Source of the DNA: Candidatus Sabulitectum sp.
GTDB taxonomy: Bacteria; Fermentibacterota; Fermentibacteria; Fermentibacterales; JCC-6
Reading direction: 5' to 3'
Length of the DNA stretch: 64,000 bases
Assembly (NCBI GenBank): GCA_023145375.1
Contig: JAGLDY010000015.1
Location: 10,007-74,006 of the forward strand
Shown here: positions 48,101 through 54,891 of the stretch, piece by piece
Layout: every line of letters begins with the position of its first letter
Position numbering within the stretch: the first letter of the stretch is position 1
The notes under the pieces: model-generated
Seen by the model: the letters and a program-made list of their open reading frames with translations, nothing else
Databases searched by the model: none
Told to the model about the DNA's origin: nothing
Program-made: the position numbers and the translations under genes

Positions 48101-48584
48101 TAAGCCTCTGGAGTTCTCCGGTGACAGGATTCCATCTCAGTGGAGTTACAAGGAGCTCCGCCTCCGGCAGGCCATTGATAAAACCTGTGCCGGTAAGCTG
48201 TACCGGTTCACCGGGCCAGAAACTGTTTGAGCTGTAGATGTCTTCCGCAGGGGCTGGAGATACTTCCGGAGTGTCCAGTATCAGTGGTAATGGCCTGGGA
48301 AGGGGAGCAATGGTAATGTCCCGGGATACTGTCTCCCATACCGCTTCTGAAGTTATAGATGCAGCCTGTTCCCCTGCAGGCAGAAGAATGCTCCAGGGAA
48401 GTTCCGGCAGAGATGGAAATCCCTCTTCAGTACCGGCGTATGCACCTGCAAGCTGCGGTACTGATCCCGTTGAGGTCGTATGCAGTTGCATGGTTCCCAT
48501 TATTTCACTGGGGAGCTCTGCAGTAACAGTGGTTGCATTTGCTGCAAATGATAAGATCAGCGCAAGTAATACTCCAGCTTTCAT
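45183..48584 (-). CDS. Large secreted protein that is peptidase C25 (gingipain)-like and carries a T9SS C-terminal sorting domain
   Basis: The start is taken at MKAGVLLALILSFAANA (ATG 48584, RBS AGGAGG). It has NHDGHAWYSCLG and SIGCWGASFD (the C25-like His/Cys region). The C-terminal YPNPSHSS...GVYFLRF...KLVILR is a T9SS type-A sorting domain. Confidence 0.6.
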   Translation of the reverse strand: MKAGVLLALILSFAANATTVTAELPSEIMGTMQLHTTSTGSVPQLAGAYAGTEEGFPSLPELPWSILLPAGEQAASITSEAVWETVSRDITIAPLPRPLPLILDTPEVSPAPAEDIYSSNSFWPGEPVQLTGTGFINGLPEAELLVTPLRWNPVTGELQRLTSLEVRIETAPLMERPFCSGGKDYDFKRMLIVTDSSLETIFQLLADRRTAQGILTEIVTMDVIYAAASGRDNAEKLRNYVKDYYTENGLDYLLLGGDTNLVPFRYAYAMTCEAGYDPREDSLPCDLYFSDLDGTWDANMNDLFGEIADDVDLHPDIFVGRATVENTTEAQIFVNNIGAYEECLKDDFYQNVLFLAEVLWTSPYTNSGDSKDYIEEHFLPGYLNITKLYKALGNENLYTTMAALNAGQNLINHDGHAWYSCLGVGDDYMYISDVNAIDSDGRFASVMYSIGCWGASFDYDAIAEHFLTNASGGSIGYIGNSSYGWGSPGNPLYGYSDALDHLFFDYLYSDWSLTLGELLAHTKEYFIPYSQWENVYRWHQYDVNLLGDPSFRPYRTTPAAIEVQCPDLVTANTEIFPVQITGVDPEGLIACVQDDGNNWIVTELDPTGQFNFLLTEPVTGSVTLTVTGPGIKRTTVVVDQSSGPDPVISLLVIDDDQSLGHLSPGASADLVITLLNQGNEDLSTVEINITSITGPGTLTQSSSSFGSIPAGSESTGSPLLALAVNGSASTGSVVTLSGQITAGEGSWDVSIPLLVYAPGLYFTTYSVDDDASGNGNGVPEPGETFQLDVNIANLGLLAATGVAVQMVEFPAWVSWPEDSAWVSSIPEDSTRTLSFTCELSSSAPSPSFPWFHFDIAAETANYTTEDTLRLTVGETGISNDVESGASGWTHSGTNDLWNITDTVSHSPSHSWYCGGSGGYVDNMDCGLLSPELTLAPDASIEFWTTFDVAIYGSDGIYLIIQDLTDLSSDTLDFIGSGGALGKPAGKGNETGWVPYSYDLSMYEAGTGVQLEFRFKTDNDGDTGTGFFIDDITIEGAYTGYTGNPGGFLKPDSPMGSPYPNPSHSSVNVHLFSEIQREWTLGIYDISGRLVSENTGASPVNADVSLDVSNLSPGVYFLRFSAETETSRKLVILR

Positions 48585-48696
48585 TATGAACCTCCTGTTT
48601 AATGAATTCAGTGTCATTCTCTTAAGTATTGACCGTTGCCTCTTTAGTGTCAATGAACCTGGAACCACAAAAGTCGTAGCATAAATGTGTAACTAA

Positions 48697-48755
48697 TCAC
48701 ATAAGTCGTACGAGTTATGTGAGAAATATCACGAAAGACGTTTGACTTATGTGAG
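48697..48755. promoter_or_regulatory. Inverted and direct repeat cluster in the divergent intergenic region, a candidate operator
   Basis: TCACATAAGTC (48697-48707) is the reverse complement of GACTTATGTGA (48744-48754). There is an extra direct copy of TTATGTGAG at 48715-48723, and AAGTCGTA occurs twice (48671, 48703). Confidence 0.4.
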
Positions 48756-50109
48756 GAATCTGCTATACTTGTTATGCAGGGAGGTTGCTGTGTACAGAAA
48801 AGCGATTGAAGAACTGAAGCTCTGGAAAGAGAAATCGGAGAGGAAGCCGATAATCATCCGTGGAGCTCGACAGACCGGTAAAACATGGCTTATGAAAGAG
48901 TTTGGCAGCACCTGCTATGAAAAATATGTATACATCAACTTCGATAACAATCCTCGCATGGAAGCCCTTTTTCAAAGCGACTTTGATACAGAGAGAATTT
49001 TGCTTGGATTGCATGCAGAGACCGGGCAGTCTATTATTCCCGGAGAAACCCTGATTCTTTTCGATGAGATACAGGAAGTGCCCCATGCACTTGCATCCTT
49101 AAAGTACTTTCATGAGAATGCCCCGCAGCATCACATTGTTGCTGCAGGTTCGCTGTTGGGAGTCGCCCTTCATCCCGGTACGTCATTTCCTGTGGGAAAA
49201 GTGGAATTTCTGGATCTGTTTCCACTGTCCTTTCCGGAATTTCTACTTGCGTCAGGAAATGAACCTTTGCATGACATGCTGGAAAAGCTTGATTTTAGCA
49301 TGGTCAGAGTATTTTCCACGAAATTTACGGAGCTTCTCAGACAGTACTTTTTTGTGGGAGGTTTGCCTGAGGTGGTGAAGATTTTTCTTCATACACATGA
49401 TCTCAAAGAAGTACAGAGCTCTCAGAAGCAGCTTCTTTCCGCATATGAGCAGGATTTCTCAAAACATGCCCCCAGTAGAATTGTACCGAGAATCAGGTCG
49501 GTCTGGAAGAGTCTGCCAACACAACTTGCTAGGGAAAACAGGAAATTTGTTTTTGGACTGGTAAAAACGGGAGCCAGGGCAAGGGAGTACGAACTGGCGA
49601 TACAGTGGCTTCTGGATTGCGGACTTGTTAACAGGGTTGACAGAGTAACCAAACCGGGAATTCCCATTTCGGCCTATCGCGATAGTTCAGCGTTCAAGCT
49701 ATATGGATTGGATGTAGGACTTCTCTGTGCAATGAGCGGCCTGGACCCCATATCAATTCTTCAGGGCAATCAGCTTTTTGAAGAATTCAAGGGTGCTTTA
49801 ACAGAGCAGTTCGTTCTACAGCAGATAGTTGCCAACACAGGAATCAATCCATTTTACTGGAGTGCAGAGCAGTCCAGAGGTGAGGTTGATTTTGTAATGC
49901 AAGCCGGTGGAATGGTGTTGCCTCTTGAGGTCAAGGCAGCTGAGAACCTGCAGGCAAAAAGTCTGAAGAGCTACTATCAGCGCTACCAGCCTGTTAAGGC
50001 ATTTAGAACATCTCTTTCAGGTTATCGGGAAGAGGAATGGCTTGTTAATATTCCACTTTACGCCATTCATTCATTTGCGGAAATTGCAAAACAGTTTCTT
50101 TACCGGTAG
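48742..50109 (+). CDS. AAA-superfamily ATPase (COG1373 / DUF4143-type)
   Basis: The Walker A is IIRGARQTGKTWL and the Walker B-like motif is LILFDEIQ. The C-terminal region resembles DUF4143. An alternative GTG start lies at 48791. Confidence 0.65.
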   Translation: MTYVRNLLYLLCREVAVYRKAIEELKLWKEKSERKPIIIRGARQTGKTWLMKEFGSTCYEKYVYINFDNNPRMEALFQSDFDTERILLGLHAETGQSIIPGETLILFDEIQEVPHALASLKYFHENAPQHHIVAAGSLLGVALHPGTSFPVGKVEFLDLFPLSFPEFLLASGNEPLHDMLEKLDFSMVRVFSTKFTELLRQYFFVGGLPEVVKIFLHTHDLKEVQSSQKQLLSAYEQDFSKHAPSRIVPRIRSVWKSLPTQLARENRKFVFGLVKTGARAREYELAIQWLLDCGLVNRVDRVTKPGIPISAYRDSSAFKLYGLDVGLLCAMSGLDPISILQGNQLFEEFKGALTEQFVLQQIVANTGINPFYWSAEQSRGEVDFVMQAGGMVLPLEVKAAENLQAKSLKSYYQRYQPVKAFRTSLSGYREEEWLVNIPLYAIHSFAEIAKQFLYR

Positions 50110-50191
50110 CCACTTATACAGTCTTTTGATAATGGTTGAAGATTCCACAAATCCTGCTATAATCAATAAACACTATACGAAGGGAGAAGTT

Positions 50192-50941
50192 GTGAAAGGA
50201 ATTAAAACTCTTGCACTGTCGGCAGCTATGTGTCTGTTTGCTGTTACCGGCGCGTATGGAGAGGCTATCTATGCAGTTCAGGGGGGTGGTCTGTACAGTG
50301 CGGACACCGGTACCGGTGAATGGGTGGAGCTCTCCGGAAGCTGGGAAGGTACAGAGTTGATGACGTCGTTCTCCCGCAGCCTGTATGCAATACAGGGGGA
50401 TGTTCTTTACAAGGTTGCAAGAGACGGTACCTGGACCGAGCTTTCAGATTCCTGGACCGGTACTGTTGGTCTGACAGCAGGAGATAACTGGCTGTATGCA
50501 GTTCAGAACGATCAGCTTTACAGTATTGACCCTGACAATGGCAGCTGGGAGAGCATTCCCGGGAGCTATGATGGAACAACACATCTTGCCTGGTCTGCTG
50601 GAGCGCTTATGGTGATTCAAAATGGTACTCTTTACCGCACTGACCCTGCAACCGGAGAGTATTCTGAGTTGCCGTCCTCTTACAGTGGAACCACTGCAGC
50701 TGCTGCAACATCCAGTGCATTCTTTGTGATCCAGGGTGATGCTCTTTACAAAGTGAACCCCAGCACCGGAGATTACGAGAACCTCGGTGGCGGGTATGAC
50801 GGTGCAACAGAAATGGCCGCCTATGGCAACTATGTCTACTGTATCTGGCAGGGTACTCTCTGGAAGACTGATGTACGAACAGGTGATTATGAAAGCCTGG
50901 GGTCAAGCTGGGAAGGTACCACAGCTTTCTGCATACTCTAG
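50192..50941 (+). CDS. Secreted repeat protein with about eight tandem repeats of roughly 24 aa (LY.VQGD.LY...G.W.EL.GSW.GT)
   Basis: A GTG start at 50192 gives the signal peptide VKGIKTLALSAAMCLFAVTGAYG. The repeat unit recurs through the whole protein. Confidence 0.5.
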   Translation: MKGIKTLALSAAMCLFAVTGAYGEAIYAVQGGGLYSADTGTGEWVELSGSWEGTELMTSFSRSLYAIQGDVLYKVARDGTWTELSDSWTGTVGLTAGDNWLYAVQNDQLYSIDPDNGSWESIPGSYDGTTHLAWSAGALMVIQNGTLYRTDPATGEYSELPSSYSGTTAAAATSSAFFVIQGDALYKVNPSTGDYENLGGGYDGATEMAAYGNYVYCIWQGTLWKTDVRTGDYESLGSSWEGTTAFCIL

Positions 50942-50958
50942 TTCATGAAGTAGTTCTT

Positions 50959-52170
50959 CTACTCCAGCAGTGTGACCCTTTGAGAAGAGACGCCCCGGGA
51001 GGAAGTAAGTAAGACCGTATAGATCCCGAATGGAAGATCCTGCATATCAACGGTGACAAAACCATTGTCTACCGGGTTTTCGCTGATCTTTCTTCCGGAG
51101 CAGTCGAACAGTGCAAGGTATGAAGAGCCTGTGGCATCAACCTGAATATGAAGGGTGTTCTGAGTTACCGGATTGGAAAGAACAGTGAATACAGGTTTCT
51201 GTACTGGAAGGCTGGAGTCAGCACAGGTTCCTGTTCCAGGTTCCCCCATGAACAGAAACATTTCCCCGAAGTATTCTCCTGATACCAGATCAACAGAGCC
51301 GTCAGAGTTGATGTCACCTGCGAAGGGATACATCGTTGATCCGAATGTAATGGTGGAATCTCCCCAGTATGAGCACAGATCAACCGGTGGAGCAAAATTG
51401 AACATTCCGCCTGCTTGGTTACCTTCAAGAAATGCTGTATGACCCTCTTCTGAAATGAAGTACCCCACTACCAGGTCTTCCTGCATATCGCCGTTCAGGT
51501 CCACTGCCTGCGGAACCGCATCAAATCCCAGATCAACCACACCGTTCTCATTCTCCAGAGGGAAATAACCATTGTCGTAACTGTAATTCCCCTGGGTGCC
51601 TGTGTTGATGAATACATAGATCTTCCCGCCGCCTGAGCCTACCAGAAGGTCATCTATCCCATCTCTATCGTAGTCATAAGTGCAAGGAGAGGGTTCTGTT
51701 ATACTGATCGGCGTACCGTTTGACTGCAGATAACCCTCTGAAGAGAGCAGGGGAACAGAATCACCGGAGTCAGATCCTGAATAAAGTGCTATCTTGTATG
51801 AGTCTGTGCCCACAATAAGATCCATGATGCCATCGTTGTTGAAATCCGCGACCCGCGGAATAGAGGGACCGCATCAACTGCTGTGGGTGATTGGAGCCCC
51901 GTCTGCCTCAAGAACTGCAACAGTTTCATAGAGCGGGGTATCCGGCGTGCCTGTGTTGGGGAGATAGAAGATCCCACCATCTACATCAGGAAGCAGTGGA
52001 GAGTACGGGTCTCTGGTTCCCACAAGAATATCGGTTAGACCGTCCCCATTCCAGTCAACAAGGCAGGGTGCTGAGCCAAGTCCGGTATCCATCGGCTCAC
52101 CCATGAAGGTGAACTGCTCAAATGGCCCGAATAGAGGCTGTGAAAGCAGAACCAATATTAAAGTAAACAT
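50959..52170 (-). CDS. FG-GAP repeat protein with a T9SS C-terminal sorting domain, interrupted by an in-frame TGA at 51874-51876
   Basis: The ATG at 52170 (RBS AGGAGG) starts the signal peptide MFTLILVLLSQPLFG. The two track ORFs 51874..52290 and 50959..51825 are in the same frame. The FG-GAP repeat VADFNNDGIMDLIVG spans the gap just after the stop. The C-terminal FGIYTVLL...RVTLLE is a T9SS sorting domain. Confidence 0.55.
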
Positions 52171-52264
52171 GGAACCTCCTGTAACTTGCTGTGATGTATC
52201 TAGTATGCAATGTGCTACGACTCCTGGCAATAGTCCCAATAAATCAACATTCACATCTGATTCA

Positions 52265-54736
52265 TCAATCCTCAGCTGTTGCTGTCTCATCCCCTTTCAC
52301 ATACTGGTCGAACCACCTGAACTGTTCCCACAACACATGCTCCAAACTCTCACGTGCCCTGTAGCCGTGATCCTCGAAAGGCAGCAGCACCAGTCGGGCA
52401 GTACCGCCTGAACCGCGCACTGCTTCATAAAGGATCTCAGACTGAAAGGTCAGGGTTCCCGGGTTTGAGTCGTCGTTACCGTGGATGATCAGTATAGGCT
52501 CGTTGATCTGGTCGGCAAAAAATGTGGGTGAAAGCTGGATATAGACATCCCTCGCCTGGAAGAGGGAGCGACGCTCGGCCTGAAAACCAAAGGGCTGATT
52601 GGTTTTGTTGTAAGAACCGCTGCGTGCTATACCTGCCCTGAACAGATCAGTGTGTGCCAGGAGGTTGGCAACCATGAGTGCTCCATGGCTGTGACCGATA
52701 ATACCAATACGCTCCGGGTCTGCAATTCCCATTTCCACGGCTTTGGCCACTGCCGCCTCGGCGTCTGCTATCAGCTGAGGTACAAAAGTATCGTATGTGG
52801 TTTCCGGATCACCGAGCATCGGCATGGCTGTCTGATTCAGTACTGCATAGCCCTGCAGCAAAAAGTAAAGGTGTGAAGCGCCATACATACGCATGAAGCG
52901 CTGGGCTGAACCCCTGACCTGGCCTGCTGTAGCAGCACCGGAGTACTCAAGGGGGTAGGCATCCACAACTGTGGGCAGCGGTGTGCCCTCTTCGTAGCCC
53001 GGGGGCAGGAACAGGTGGAAGCTGAGAGGTACACCGTCCTCGCGCTCATAGTGTACTAAACGCTTCTCAATATCTCTCAGCAGGGGTGCAGGGTCCTGGA
53101 AGTGCGTTATCGGTACGCGGGTTGCTGCTCTGGTAGCCTCACCATCTGCCGCTTCAATCTCTTCACCCAGGGTGGTGAGATAATAGTTAGGCACCTCTAT
53201 GCTGGATTCGGAGCGCAATACAAAACGATCCTCCCTGCCGGCAAACGCCTGGAAGTATTCGTAGTGGTCCGGATCGCAACGGAACAGCCGCTGGGTTTCA
53301 GCTGTATTCAGGTTTCTCAGATCCAGAAAGGGTCGGTCGCCCTGCTCTGTGCCACCACTGCCGCTGAAGTAGACAGCATTTCCAACCTGGTGCATCACCC
53401 TCTGGCCGTTGGGCAACTGGCGAAAAACCGGATAACCTGGATCACCGTACCGGTCGCCACTATCACGGTCATACCACAGGCGCGCTGTACCATCATCCAC
53501 ATCCAGTAACCAGACAAAAATCCAGCGGCGCATGCGTTCATACTCACTGAGCATGAGTGTTCCACCTTCGTCACCCCAGGCCATCTGCGAGGCCCATATT
53601 CGATGCTCAGCCGTGAAAACTTCTTCCGGTTCTCCTGTGAATGGTGCACCAAGTCGCATCAGCCGGTCGCGGTAAGGCACTTCAGCAGCGGGATCACCAC
53701 CGTCCAGGGCTTCTATCCAGAATAGCTCGTGTGGTGCTGTGGCACGCCAGGTGACCGAGCGCGTCCCCATTGGTACACCATGTACAGGAACCTCATCAGC
53801 CAGAGGGAGCGATGCAACACTCACTACCAGTTCTCCCTCTGCGTCCCGTACCTCGATCTCCCTTGCGAATCTCCACCAGGCCACCTCGTGGGACCATGGG
53901 CCGATCAGTTTCTCCATAAGAATGTACTCACCATCCGGGGAGAACTCCACATTGTAGTAATGTGTTTCTTCACCAATTACACTCACACTGCTATTCGCAG
54001 GATCGATAATTACCGGTTCAGACTTGCAGTAGTAATCGAACAGCTGGTCATCATGAGCTGTCCGGAGCAGGTTGCGAGTTTCGTATTGGGATCTTGCTGA
54101 TGCGCCTATCCCCTCTGTAACCATTGGCCCCACGGGAATAGCCGGAGGTTCGGGTGGCAGTCCCCGCTCAGGGACCCGGAGTACCATTAGACGCTCCTGA
54201 TCAGGGAGCCATCGAACAGCAGCACCAAGAAGGGGATTGAGAGCAATGTCTTCAATTTCATTCAGGTCCCCTGACACAGAGCCAACCCACAGCCCAATGT
54301 GGTCGGAGTGACCCACAGTAAGTGCAAAATGCTCCCCGTCAGCGGTAAAAACTACACCGTGGACCTGTGCACCATCCGGTAGATCCAGTGAAGTAACTGT
54401 ACCGCCCTCTACCTCCACCAGACGCGGGGTTGTGCCCCCCCGGCGACCGTGTATGCTGTTAAGAGCAGGATTAACCCGTATACCTGCCAGCTTATGCATC
54501 GGCGCAGAAAGCTCGGCCAGGGAGGGGTAAGGTACAGGATCTACCAGAAGCATGTACTCTCCTGTGGGCGCTATCCACACCCATGGAAGTTGCGGCGCAT
54601 AAAGCACATCCAGTATATCTTCAGGAGGAGACTGCCACTGGGTTACCAATTCCATGCCCTGGTCGGATACTCCGGCAACTGGCAGCATTAGAAGAACTGC
54701 CAGGAAACCTGATGATGCTGTAAGATATCTTTTCAC
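52265..54736 (-). CDS. S9-family serine peptidase (prolyl oligopeptidase / dipeptidyl-peptidase-like) with an N-terminal beta-propeller
   Basis: The signal peptide is MKRYLTASSGFLAVLLMLPVAG. The nucleophile elbow is IGIIGHSHGALM, and the C-terminal alpha/beta-hydrolase has His/Asp. GC content is elevated relative to neighbouring genes. Confidence 0.75.
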   Translation of the reverse strand: MKRYLTASSGFLAVLLMLPVAGVSDQGMELVTQWQSPPEDILDVLYAPQLPWVWIAPTGEYMLLVDPVPYPSLAELSAPMHKLAGIRVNPALNSIHGRRGGTTPRLVEVEGGTVTSLDLPDGAQVHGVVFTADGEHFALTVGHSDHIGLWVGSVSGDLNEIEDIALNPLLGAAVRWLPDQERLMVLRVPERGLPPEPPAIPVGPMVTEGIGASARSQYETRNLLRTAHDDQLFDYYCKSEPVIIDPANSSVSVIGEETHYYNVEFSPDGEYILMEKLIGPWSHEVAWWRFAREIEVRDAEGELVVSVASLPLADEVPVHGVPMGTRSVTWRATAPHELFWIEALDGGDPAAEVPYRDRLMRLGAPFTGEPEEVFTAEHRIWASQMAWGDEGGTLMLSEYERMRRWIFVWLLDVDDGTARLWYDRDSGDRYGDPGYPVFRQLPNGQRVMHQVGNAVYFSGSGGTEQGDRPFLDLRNLNTAETQRLFRCDPDHYEYFQAFAGREDRFVLRSESSIEVPNYYLTTLGEEIEAADGEATRAATRVPITHFQDPAPLLRDIEKRLVHYEREDGVPLSFHLFLPPGYEEGTPLPTVVDAYPLEYSGAATAGQVRGSAQRFMRMYGASHLYFLLQGYAVLNQTAMPMLGDPETTYDTFVPQLIADAEAAVAKAVEMGIADPERIGIIGHSHGALMVANLLAHTDLFRAGIARSGSYNKTNQPFGFQAERRSLFQARDVYIQLSPTFFADQINEPILIIHGNDDSNPGTLTFQSEILYEAVRGSGGTARLVLLPFEDHGYRARESLEHVLWEQFRWFDQYVKGDETATAED

Positions 54737-54891
54737 GTCTGCCCCCTGTGATCAATTCTGATAATGATAAAGTGTGTCTTCAAACGCACCAACAAGATGT
54801 TAAAACAATGCGAAATCAATATATCTCTCTTGATAACCTGCAGCAATCCCTCTACCTGTTTAACAGGTAAACATTTGTTTAGTATTAGCGC

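Noticed and set aside
51874-51876. Alternative genetic code (UGA as a sense codon) for the whole organism
   Set aside because: TGA is used as a terminator by many well-supported genes in the window (hicB, nfo, Lon and others), and long ORFs are recovered with the standard code.
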